A stretch of DNA of 64,000 bases, taken from IMG/VR virus record IMGVR_UViG_3300022934_000004. One strand, written 5' to 3'. The DNA comes from a virus. The translations under genes were made by a program, and so were the position numbers. Shown one piece after another: positions 56,920 to 64,000 of this stretch (the stretch's first letter is position 1; each line of letters starts with the position of its first letter). The notes under the pieces are model-generated. The model saw nothing but the letters and a program-made list of their open reading frames with translations. It ran no database searches and had not been told where the DNA came from.

Positions 56920-57515
56920 TGGGAAATCCTGTAAATAAAGATGCAGATAGCATTATTAAAGCAATACCTAAAGATACGATTGGATGTGAAATTGGTGTAT
57001 GGGAAGCTAATACTTCAATGAAATTTTGGAAGCAAGGATTACAGCATTTATATTTAGTTGACGCTTGGAGTCCTATTGCATATAAAGATCAACCAGAAAA
57101 TGAACATGGATCCTATGAAGATTATTTGAAAAAATATAAAAAATTAACTGGAGAAGCTACTGAAGAAGCATTCCATAGATATTATGATAAAGTCTATAAG
57201 CGGGTTGTCGATAAATTTAAAGATACAAATAATGTTACAATCTATCGTATGACGTCAAAAGAGTTTTTTGAAAGCTTTACTGAAAAATTAGATTGGGTCT
57301 ATGTAGATGGTGCGCATGATTATATTGGATGTTTGTATGATTTAGAAGAATCTAGAAAAATAGTTAAACCTGGCGGTAAAATTTTTGGGGATGATTATCG
57401 GTGGACTAACAAACATGGAAAGCATGGAGTTACACAAGCTGTAAATGAATTCATTAATAAGTATGGATATAATATAAAACGTTATGGGCTATTACAGTTT
57501 GAAATAGGAATTTAA
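56916..57515 (+). CDS. Methyltransf_24-like methyltransferase
   Basis: EIGVW, YVDGAH.Y, GG.I.GDDY. Confidence 0.8.
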   Translation: MMGNPVNKDADSIIKAIPKDTIGCEIGVWEANTSMKFWKQGLQHLYLVDAWSPIAYKDQPENEHGSYEDYLKKYKKLTGEATEEAFHRYYDKVYKRVVDKFKDTNNVTIYRMTSKEFFESFTEKLDWVYVDGAHDYIGCLYDLEESRKIVKPGGKIFGDDYRWTNKHGKHGVTQAVNEFINKYGYNIKRYGLLQFEIGI

Positions 57516-57516
57516 T

Positions 57517-58131
57517 ATGTTAGCAGAATTATTTAATAAGTATGGTTGCGATAAAGCAAGTAAACATTCTTATGATGTAGTGTATGAAGCAGAGTTTCAA
57601 GGTATGAGAAATCTGCCAATTAATTTTTTAGAAATTGGAATTTTTAAAGGAAATAGTATTCAAGCTTGGCTAGACTTTTTTCCTAGAGCAACAATTTATG
57701 GCATCGATACTTTTCAACGAATTGATCCTAAAAATATTCCAGTACTTAAACACGAAAGAGTTAAATGGTTAAGGGCTGATTCTACCAAAGAAGCAACACG
57801 TGACTTAGTAGACACAGTTTGGAATGATGTTAAATTTGATATTATTCTAGATGATGGAATGCACACTCCACGCGCAAATGGACAAACGTTTTTACACTTT
57901 TACAATTTTTTAAAAGATGATGGAATGTATTTGATTGAAGATGCATGGCCACTTCATATCATGTCAAAGGAAGAAAAAAAGCATCCATGGATTAGAAAAT
58001 ATCCTGAAAGATATAACGCCGATGAAATGTATTTTTTTCAAAAGCACTTACCACCTACCAAAGTAGAAGAATTTGATTTAAGGAAAAACTCAGGTGAACC
58101 TGATAGTTACATATTTAAGATTACAAAATGA
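57517..58131 (+). CDS. SAM-dependent (sugar O-)methyltransferase
   Basis: DK..H.Y, LEIGI..G.S, DIILDDG.H, YLIED. Confidence 0.8.
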   Translation: MLAELFNKYGCDKASKHSYDVVYEAEFQGMRNLPINFLEIGIFKGNSIQAWLDFFPRATIYGIDTFQRIDPKNIPVLKHERVKWLRADSTKEATRDLVDTVWNDVKFDIILDDGMHTPRANGQTFLHFYNFLKDDGMYLIEDAWPLHIMSKEEKKHPWIRKYPERYNADEMYFFQKHLPPTKVEEFDLRKNSGEPDSYIFKITK

Positions 58132-58823
58132 AACACTTTGCAATAGTTGTCAAAGACAACGACATATCTGAAAAAGGATATGAATTTTTAGTTAAAAGCT
58201 CAAAGTCTGTTGATAATAAATTTACAATAGAAAAATTTGATGCCGTTACTCCAGAAAACGTTGAAAGGCTTATGTTTGAGTCAGATGTCACTTGGAACTA
58301 TCCTTGGGAAGGTGAAGTTATTGACATCGCAAGTGGAATGAAAAAACGTGCTTATCAAACAAAAAATAAGTATGCACGCATGGCTGCAGCAATGAGTCAT
58401 TTTCAATTATGGCAAGCTTGCTTTGAAAAACAAGAACCTTTTATGATACTTGAACACGATGCTATGTTTATGTTAAGATGTGACGTAGATATTACTAAAA
58501 CAAAGTTTGATATTTTAGGTATTAACAACCCATTAATGGCTACTAGATTAGCTCAGAAATACTATGATTTAGTAGTAGGTAATTTTGATCAATATCAACC
58601 AGTGCCTTATGTTGATAATGATATTACTGTTCCTCAAGGATTAGCAGGAAATTCAGCATATATAATTTCACCAGCTGGCGCTGAGCAAATGATATCATTA
58701 GTTTATAATTATGGATTATGGCCAAATGATGCTTTAATGTGTAAGCAATTAGTAAATAAACTCGGTGTCACTAGAAAATTTTATACAAGGGTTCAAGGGT
58801 TACGGAGCACTACAACACAATGA
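58128..58823 (+). CDS. GT25-like glycosyltransferase
   Basis: FDAVTP, SHF.LW, ILEHDA, AYIISP.GA. Confidence 0.8.
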   Translation: MKHFAIVVKDNDISEKGYEFLVKSSKSVDNKFTIEKFDAVTPENVERLMFESDVTWNYPWEGEVIDIASGMKKRAYQTKNKYARMAAAMSHFQLWQACFEKQEPFMILEHDAMFMLRCDVDITKTKFDILGINNPLMATRLAQKYYDLVVGNFDQYQPVPYVDNDITVPQGLAGNSAYIISPAGAEQMISLVYNYGLWPNDALMCKQLVNKLGVTRKFYTRVQGLRSTTTQ

Positions 58824-59464
58824 ATTATGTAATACAAATTGATGATATTGAAGAATCAGTACAAGCTGCTAAAAGAGCTATTAGAACAGCATCTTCTCAT
58901 GGCGCTAGTGTAAAAGTATTTCATGCAATTACTCCACGTAATACAGATGTTTTTAAGAAGTGTGAAGAAGAAGGTATTAATCCTGAAGGATTTAAAGAAA
59001 TATATTCACGTTTTGAAAATTGTATTGCAGCATTTTTATCACATTATACATTATGGAAGAAGTGTGTTGAGGAAGATTCCAGAATTGGTATTCTTGAGCA
59101 TGATGCAGTTATCACAAATCAATGGAACAGTGATATACCATTTGATAAAGTATGCAATATAGGTAAACCTTCGTATGGAAATTTTAACCATCCAGCTCAC
59201 CTTGGTGTTGGTCCACTTGTTTCAAAACCTTATTTCGGTGGAGCTCACGCTTATTTAGTGAACCCAGCAGGAGCCAAAGAATTAATTAAACAAGCTAAAA
59301 TAGCAGCTAAGCCAACAGATGTATTTTTACATAGAGATACATTCCCTTGGCTACAAGAAAAAAATCCATATGTTGCTGAAGTCAAAGATTCGTTTACTAC
59401 AATACAAAAGGAAAGAGGATGCCAAGCCAAACATAATTATGGAGAAGGATATGCGTTACTCTAA
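58820..59464 (+). CDS. GT25-like glycosyltransferase (second)
   Basis: FHAITP, SHY.LW, ILEHDA, AYLVNP.GA. Confidence 0.8.
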   Translation: MNYVIQIDDIEESVQAAKRAIRTASSHGASVKVFHAITPRNTDVFKKCEEEGINPEGFKEIYSRFENCIAAFLSHYTLWKKCVEEDSRIGILEHDAVITNQWNSDIPFDKVCNIGKPSYGNFNHPAHLGVGPLVSKPYFGGAHAYLVNPAGAKELIKQAKIAAKPTDVFLHRDTFPWLQEKNPYVAEVKDSFTTIQKERGCQAKHNYGEGYALL

Positions 59465-60056
59465 TCTTTTTATCACTGGATATGATAAAAATAATAAATG
59501 GATGTTAGACTGGTTTTTAAAAAATTTTAATGAACACTGTTCTACACCTATCCTTCCATATGATTTTGATGATTTTAAAACACCTGTTGACGGTCAAAAG
59601 AATTGGTTTAAAAAACCATTTGCTATGATAGATGCTTCTAAGAAAGCCGAAAAGGTTTGTTGGATTGATTTAGATTGTCATGTACTAGGTTCAATAGATA
59701 ATATTTTCGATCACACATCTCCAAATAAACTTTCAATGGTAGAAGATGTACCTTGGTCAAAACGAAGAGGAGAAACGTGGCACAATTCAGGAGTGGTTTT
59801 ATTTGAAAATAGACCTAATATTTTAGATGAATGGGCAGCGGCTGTTTCTTTAAACCCTCAAGTAGGAGATCAAGAAGTATTACATTCTTTAGTGAGAGAA
59901 GGAATGAGAAGATTAATACATATAGAAAGTATATCACGTAAATATAATACTTTAAGACTAGACAAATTAGATAACTCTGAACCTAAAAAAGTTTTAGTTA
60001 TGCATTGGACTGGAAAAAAAGGTAAAGAAGAAATAAGGAAATTAATTAATGAGTAA
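59451..60056 (+). CDS. GT-A glycosyltransferase (GT8/GT77-like)
   Basis: KKP, WIDLD, NSGV, GDQEVL, YN, HWTG. Confidence 0.75.
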   Translation: MRYSNLFITGYDKNNKWMLDWFLKNFNEHCSTPILPYDFDDFKTPVDGQKNWFKKPFAMIDASKKAEKVCWIDLDCHVLGSIDNIFDHTSPNKLSMVEDVPWSKRRGETWHNSGVVLFENRPNILDEWAAAVSLNPQVGDQEVLHSLVREGMRRLIHIESISRKYNTLRLDKLDNSEPKKVLVMHWTGKKGKEEIRKLINE

Positions 60057-60660
60057 AGTGGCTCATCTTATTGGCAACGGGAAATCATCTGCACTTTATA
60101 ACCCTTCAAAAGGATTGAAAATTACTTGTAATGTTCCTCCATTTGAAGTTGCTAATTGCTACACTACTGTAATGGTAGATTTTAAAATGATGAAAGCAAT
60201 TAATGAGGGAAGTGTACAAGTTGCGGGTGATTGGGTTTTAGGTGCTAGACCTAAAAAATGGATGGAAATGAAGCCACATTTTTACATGAAATATGCACAA
60301 CAAATTAAAAAATTTTACACAGTTCTGCCGCCATATTGTCCAAATTATACAGATTTTAATTGTGGTCACATGGCAACACACTACATTGTAAATCCAAAAG
60401 CTGGCGGCTTAGGATGTGATGAAATCCATATGTATGGATTTGATTCATTATTTTCATTTGACACAACAAGTATGTCAGATATGTTTTTACAATCTGATAG
60501 AGGAAACAACCAAACGGAAAAACTAACTCGTCGGTGGAGACCAGTATGGATGGGAATATTTAGAGAATTTTCTAATACTCAGTTTGTTGTATATAATCAT
60601 AAAGGCGATACCGGTGTAATGAATTTTCCTAAAAATGTAGAGGTAAGAGATGGAAAATGA
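60049..60660 (+). CDS. Sialyltransferase-like (GT29/GT42/MAF fold) protein
   Basis: LIGNGKS...CN, NCG..A, IHMYGFD. Confidence 0.5.
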   Translation: MSKVAHLIGNGKSSALYNPSKGLKITCNVPPFEVANCYTTVMVDFKMMKAINEGSVQVAGDWVLGARPKKWMEMKPHFYMKYAQQIKKFYTVLPPYCPNYTDFNCGHMATHYIVNPKAGGLGCDEIHMYGFDSLFSFDTTSMSDMFLQSDRGNNQTEKLTRRWRPVWMGIFREFSNTQFVVYNHKGDTGVMNFPKNVEVRDGK

Positions 60661-60752
60661 AGCATTATCGGAGGGCGATAGTGATGACCCATGCGATGAT
60701 TGTACGGATTTTGAACAATTGTGGAAGTGGTATGAACCACAGAAAGTAGATA

Positions 60753-60959
60753 ATGATGACACATAGTGTAGAAGATTTTTATAATAAAATTAAAGTTATG
60801 CATGATAAAGGTATTGAACTCCACCGCGAACGATATAGAGTTCAAGGATGGTATGATAAAGCACGATGTCAATATATGGTAGACGATATTAAAGCTTTAG
60901 CACGAGATATTGAACACGGGCTTATTGACTTAAATATTGACTTTGGAAAAAAAACGTAA
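60753..60959 (+). CDS. Hypothetical protein
   Basis: ORF ending in the repeated promoter element. Confidence 0.5.
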   Translation: MMTHSVEDFYNKIKVMHDKGIELHRERYRVQGWYDKARCQYMVDDIKALARDIEHGLIDLNIDFGKKT

Positions 60960-61016
60960 GTAGTTGATTTCTAAAGAAACAAAAAGGTGTACAATCGGTT
61001 TAAACTATGGTAGATT
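60948..61016 (+). promoter_or_regulatory. Early promoter with upstream IHF-consensus box
   Basis: TAAGTAGTTGATT at 60957-60969; TGTACA(60988)-17-TAGATT. Confidence 0.75.
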
Positions 61017-61046
61017 AGTACTATAAGGTAAACAAAGGAAAATCAA

Positions 61047-61277
61047 ATGTCAAGAATTACACATCTTCCAAACGGTTCAATGATTAAAGCTGACGTAGTT
61101 GCAAGCTTCGACAAAGCAATTCGCGATGACTTTAACCTTCGCCCTGGTTTTGGTTCAACAGATTTTTGGAATTTTGTTGAGTCTGATATGTATATGGACT
61201 TATCTGGCATTTATGCTTCATCTTATATTGATGAATGCTTTGAAACTTTAGCCGATCTTGAAATGGAGACAGTATAA
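61047..61277 (+). CDS. Early hypothetical protein
   Basis: AAGGA RBS; WNFVESD. Confidence 0.6.
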   Translation: MSRITHLPNGSMIKADVVASFDKAIRDDFNLRPGFGSTDFWNFVESDMYMDLSGIYASSYIDECFETLADLEMETV

Positions 61278-61678
61278 TGGAATTCACTTACTCAGACGAT
61301 TGCTTCTCAGACCTTCATAAAGATGTTTATGGGTTTCGTCCTCGTGGTATTATAATGGACGATTGGAATGATCGTACTCCTCGCCAAAAACAAGAGCTAT
61401 GGAATGCTCTTTGTGACCAGCTTGAGGAGAATACTGCTCGTGAAAAAAAGATGGAAGCAATGAAAGTTGATGAATTCAAAGAGCGTATTCATCAAGCTCA
61501 AACCTGGGGTGCCAGAGATTATTGGGACGCTCTTCGCTGGATCACCGGCTGTGAAACTTTTTATCACATTCAAGACGTTGAACACTATGTGTGGGAGCAA
61601 GGTATCTTGTTTACACAGTATGGTAAACAGCTTGTCGAAGATCTTGCCAAAGTGGTAGAATATAAAGAGTTTGCATAA
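61277..61678 (+). CDS. Early hypothetical protein
   Basis: SDLHKDVYGFRPR. Confidence 0.65.
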   Translation: MEFTYSDDCFSDLHKDVYGFRPRGIIMDDWNDRTPRQKQELWNALCDQLEENTAREKKMEAMKVDEFKERIHQAQTWGARDYWDALRWITGCETFYHIQDVEHYVWEQGILFTQYGKQLVEDLAKVVEYKEFA

Positions 61679-61881
61679 TGCATTGGGTCCTAGTATACAT
61701 CGTAATTTCTGGTCATTCAATTTATGCTGTTAATGCTATGGGCCCAAAAACTTATTTTGCAACTATTAATGATTGCTTTTTTGCTCGAGAAAGATTGTCA
61801 GTGACAGTAGGTGGAGATGTAGAAGGTTACTTTCCTACTAATAGTCAAGCAATTTGCGTACAAGCCTCCGTGGTGGAATAG
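61678..61881 (+). CDS. Small signal-anchored two-Cys protein; stop codon lies inside tRNA-Leu
   Basis: MHWVLVYIVI...FATINDC...AICV. Confidence 0.55.
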   Translation: MHWVLVYIVISGHSIYAVNAMGPKTYFATINDCFFARERLSVTVGGDVEGYFPTNSQAICVQASVVE

Positions 61882-61948
61882 GTAGACACAAGAGACTTAA
61901 AATCTCTCGCCTAGAGGCGTACCGGTTCGAGTCCGGTCGGAGGTACCA
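61864..61948 (+). tRNA. tRNA-Leu(UAA)
   Basis: Cloverleaf with long variable arm; AGAGA-CTTAAAA-TCTCT; GGTTCGAGTCC; encoded CCA. Confidence 0.95.
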
Positions 61949-61950
61949 AT

Positions 61951-62027
61951 GGTCACGTAGCTCAACTGGATAGAGCAGCTGACTTCTAATCAGCAGGTTG
62001 AGGGTTCGAGTCCTTCCGTGATCGCCA
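61951..62027 (+). tRNA. tRNA-Arg(UCU)
   Basis: GCTGA-CTTCTAA-TCAGC; GGTTCGAGTCC; encoded CCA. Confidence 0.95.
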
Positions 62028-62034
62028 AAAACAA

Positions 62035-62580
62035 ATGAAAAATAATATGATTCTAACAATTAAATTTAAACGACATTTGGAAGTAAAAGACACTTTACTT
62101 GAAATGATAGCTAGTACTCCATCAGGAAATATTCTTGAAGGACAAGATAAAATTCAAAATACTGATTGGCATCACTCAGGTGGGCAGCCACAAGCATATT
62201 GGAATTTTGTAGGACCAATTATCTTTCAAGAGCTTGAACCTATTATTACTGAAAAGCTTTTACCTGATAGTTGGAGTATTAAAAATGCTTGGTTTCAACA
62301 ATATGAAACTAAAGATACTCATTCTTGGCACGTTCATCCAGGAAGTTTTTGGAATGCTGTATATTATATTGAATTACCAGAAGATGGGCCTTCTACTCAA
62401 ATGCAAATGCCTATCACACGTGAAGTAATAACACCACAAGTTACAGAAGGTGATATAATTATATTTCCTGCTGTATATCGTCATAGATCAGCACCAAATG
62501 AATCGAAGAAAAGAAAAACAATTATCTCATTTAATATCAATGCAAATGAGGTAGTATCTCGGAGTAGCGCAGGCTGGTAG
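62035..62580 (+). CDS. 2OG-Fe(II) oxygenase; stop codon lies inside tRNA-Pro
   Basis: HSWHVH, VYY, EGD..IFP...HRS, K.IISFN. Confidence 0.75.
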   Translation: MKNNMILTIKFKRHLEVKDTLLEMIASTPSGNILEGQDKIQNTDWHHSGGQPQAYWNFVGPIIFQELEPIITEKLLPDSWSIKNAWFQQYETKDTHSWHVHPGSFWNAVYYIELPEDGPSTQMQMPITREVITPQVTEGDIIIFPAVYRHRSAPNESKKRKTIISFNINANEVVSRSSAGW

Positions 62581-62634
62581 CGCATTTGGTTTGGGACCAA
62601 AGGGTCGGGAGTTCAAATCTCTCCTCCGAGACCA
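62558..62634 (+). tRNA. tRNA-Pro(UGG)
   Basis: CTCGGAG/CTCCGAG acceptor stem; TTTGG-TTTGGGA-CCAAA; GTTCAAATC; encoded CCA. Confidence 0.92.
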
Positions 62635-62655
62635 AATTTAACGAAAGGATATATA

Positions 62656-62772
62656 ATGGCAAAAGGCTTTACAAACGCTAAGAAAACATCAATTGGTAGA
62701 AGAAATGTAAAAACGTCTTCTATGAATAAAAGTAAAAAACGTAGTTTTAAAAAATACAGGGGACAAGGGTGA
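62656..62772 (+). CDS. 38-aa basic peptide ending KKYRGQG, not in ORF track
   Basis: AAGGA RBS; MAKGF...MNKSKKRSFKKYRGQG. Confidence 0.6.
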   Translation: MAKGFTNAKKTSIGRRNVKTSSMNKSKKRSFKKYRGQG

Positions 62773-63371
62773 ACTACTACTTATTTGGGTTACAGAGATC
62801 AGGAACAAATTTAGTCCACAATTTAATTAAAGATAATTATGGATTGGAACCAGCAAATTCTGGACATGAAGAGTGGAAACACTCTATGAAACCTGATTTA
62901 AAAAATGATTATCCAATTTTTAAAGTAATCAAAAATCCATACACTTGGGTTGAATCTATAGTTTATAGAGAACGTGCAGATTTTTATGAAAAACATGATT
63001 ATGATTTTTTCCAACCAGGACCATTTATGGTGGAAGATGTTAATTTAAATATGTTGATGTACGTTTATAAAACTTGGTATGATCAATGGAAAGATAAAGG
63101 CATACTCATTAAATATGAGGATATTTTATATCCAGAACAACAAAGAGAATATTTTGCAAAACACTTTGGAGATTTAGGTGATTGGAAAACAGTTGCACCT
63201 GGATCTATGTTTATGTGTGAAGATTTTAAAGAAGAGCACTTAGAATATTATGAAAAGCAAAGACCAACGAAACTAACTGGTATGCATGTGAAAATAATTA
63301 ATAAAGTGATGACTAAATATTTCTTTATTGAAACTGGATTTAAAATGTTAAGAGTAAAAGGATTAATCTAA
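62769..63371 (+). CDS. Sulfotransferase-like protein
   Basis: GLQRSGTN, WKH, KNPY.W..S, IKYED. Confidence 0.7.
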   Translation: MNYYLFGLQRSGTNLVHNLIKDNYGLEPANSGHEEWKHSMKPDLKNDYPIFKVIKNPYTWVESIVYRERADFYEKHDYDFFQPGPFMVEDVNLNMLMYVYKTWYDQWKDKGILIKYEDILYPEQQREYFAKHFGDLGDWKTVAPGSMFMCEDFKEEHLEYYEKQRPTKLTGMHVKIINKVMTKYFFIETGFKMLRVKGLI

Positions 63372-63866
63372 AACCATAAATCTGCGAAATCCAATTGCAG
63401 TAGATAAAGGTCTTTCTCCAATTGTTACTTGGTTTTTATCATTTCCACTTATAATAACAACATATTCTTTATTATCTCTTTTTCTCATTTCTAAGAAAAA
63501 CCCAACATGACCTTGCCAGTCTTCACCATCTTCTCTTGGGAAAACTATAATATCTCCTTGAGTTAAATCTTGAGGAAGAATTTGTTGGCCATATTGTAAA
63601 AAGCTTCTTGCAAGTAAAGATGTTTCAGGATCAATAATTTCAGTACCCCAATATCCTGATTGTTGTAAAACTGAATTCATAAATGCTGCACACCAAGGTG
63701 TAACAAATGGATCGACATTAAGAAATTTTTTTAGTTCTTTTCTATGCGTTTTTTCATTATATCCAATATACATATAACTATTCGAAATAAAAGGATGAAC
63801 GTAATCAGCCGCGGCTGAAGTACTTAGTGCTAGTGCACCTACTGTAAAAAAAGTAATTTTTTTCAT
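63363..63866 (-). CDS. Secreted NlpC/P60-CHAP peptidoglycan hydrolase (TIGR02594-like)
   Basis: Signal peptide; PWCAAF, ARS, GD..VF.R, GHVGF, GN. Confidence 0.85.
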   Translation of the reverse strand: MKKITFFTVGALALSTSAAADYVHPFISNSYMYIGYNEKTHRKELKKFLNVDPFVTPWCAAFMNSVLQQSGYWGTEIIDPETSLLARSFLQYGQQILPQDLTQGDIIVFPREDGEDWQGHVGFFLEMRKRDNKEYVVIISGNDKNQVTIGERPLSTAIGFRRFMVLD

Positions 63867-63873
63867 TTTATGG

Positions 63874-63902
63874 TGTACATTTGAATAGAACTATGGTAGT
63901 AT
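63874..63902 (+). promoter_or_regulatory. Early promoter for the gene starting at 63929
   Basis: TGTACA-17-TAGTAT; AGGAG RBS. Confidence 0.7.
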
Positions 63903-63928
63903 ATATAAAATCTTTAAGGAGTCAGACT

Positions 63929-64000
63929 ATGAAAAAACTTATTCTCGCAATTGCATTGATTGGCATTGGTAGCACAACATTTGCTACATGCGCTCAAGCT
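63929..64000 (+). CDS. Secreted protein, 3'-truncated by the window edge
   Basis: MKKLILAIALIGIGSTTFA signal peptide. Confidence 0.55.
   Translation, partial: MKKLILAIALIGIGSTTFATCAQA

Noticed and set aside
6014-61016. Repeats interpreted as a CRISPR array or att sites
   Set aside because: The copies are dispersed over tens of kb, always tied to promoters, and there are no spacers, cas genes or integrase
2618-62428. Numerous short alternative-frame and antisense ORFs in the track
   Set aside because: They lie within well-supported plus-strand genes and lack an RBS or recognisable motifs
1-64000. Stop-codon reassignment or inteins
   Set aside because: Core genes are full length under the standard code with high coding density, and no intein-sized insertions were seen in gp43, gp41, UvsX or NrdJ

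Overview
An AT-rich 64 kb fragment of a large T4-like (Tevenvirinae/Kyanoviridae-type) myovirus genome, with almost all genes on the + strand. The host is very probably an alphaproteobacterium, because the phage carries a circularly permuted two-piece tmRNA with the alphaproteobacterial GGCRGUA T-loop. The window holds (i) the replication core: gp43 polymerase, an AEP-type primase, UvsX, gp41 helicase, RNase H, ThyX, dCMP deaminase and a class II RNR; (ii) a DNA hypermodification region: gp42 dCMP hydroxymethylase, an alpha-glucosyltransferase homolog next to a UDP-hexuronate epimerase and a UDP-glucose dehydrogenase, and a divergent C5-methyltransferase; (iii) a sugar-nucleotide/sulfation toolkit: KdsA-KdsB-PEPCK, APS kinase, cytidylyltransferases, many GTs, sulfotransferases and methyltransferases; (iv) a late cluster of putative capsid-internal proteins with T4 CTS-like N-termini, followed by overlapping spanins; (v) three tRNAs and the tmRNA. 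The most notable observations are these. The polymerase, the DNA glycosyltransferase and the C5-MTase share a clamp-binding-like C-terminal tail. Three ORFs have their stop codons inside the D-arm of a downstream tRNA or tmRNA, so processing would leave non-stop mRNAs; one of these is a membrane peptide encoded in the tmRNA intervening segment. Host-regulator-like sites sit in the phage early promoters: helically phased IHF-like boxes, an NrdR-like box and a GntR/LacI-like palindrome. All annotations come from motif recognition by eye; no database searches were run.
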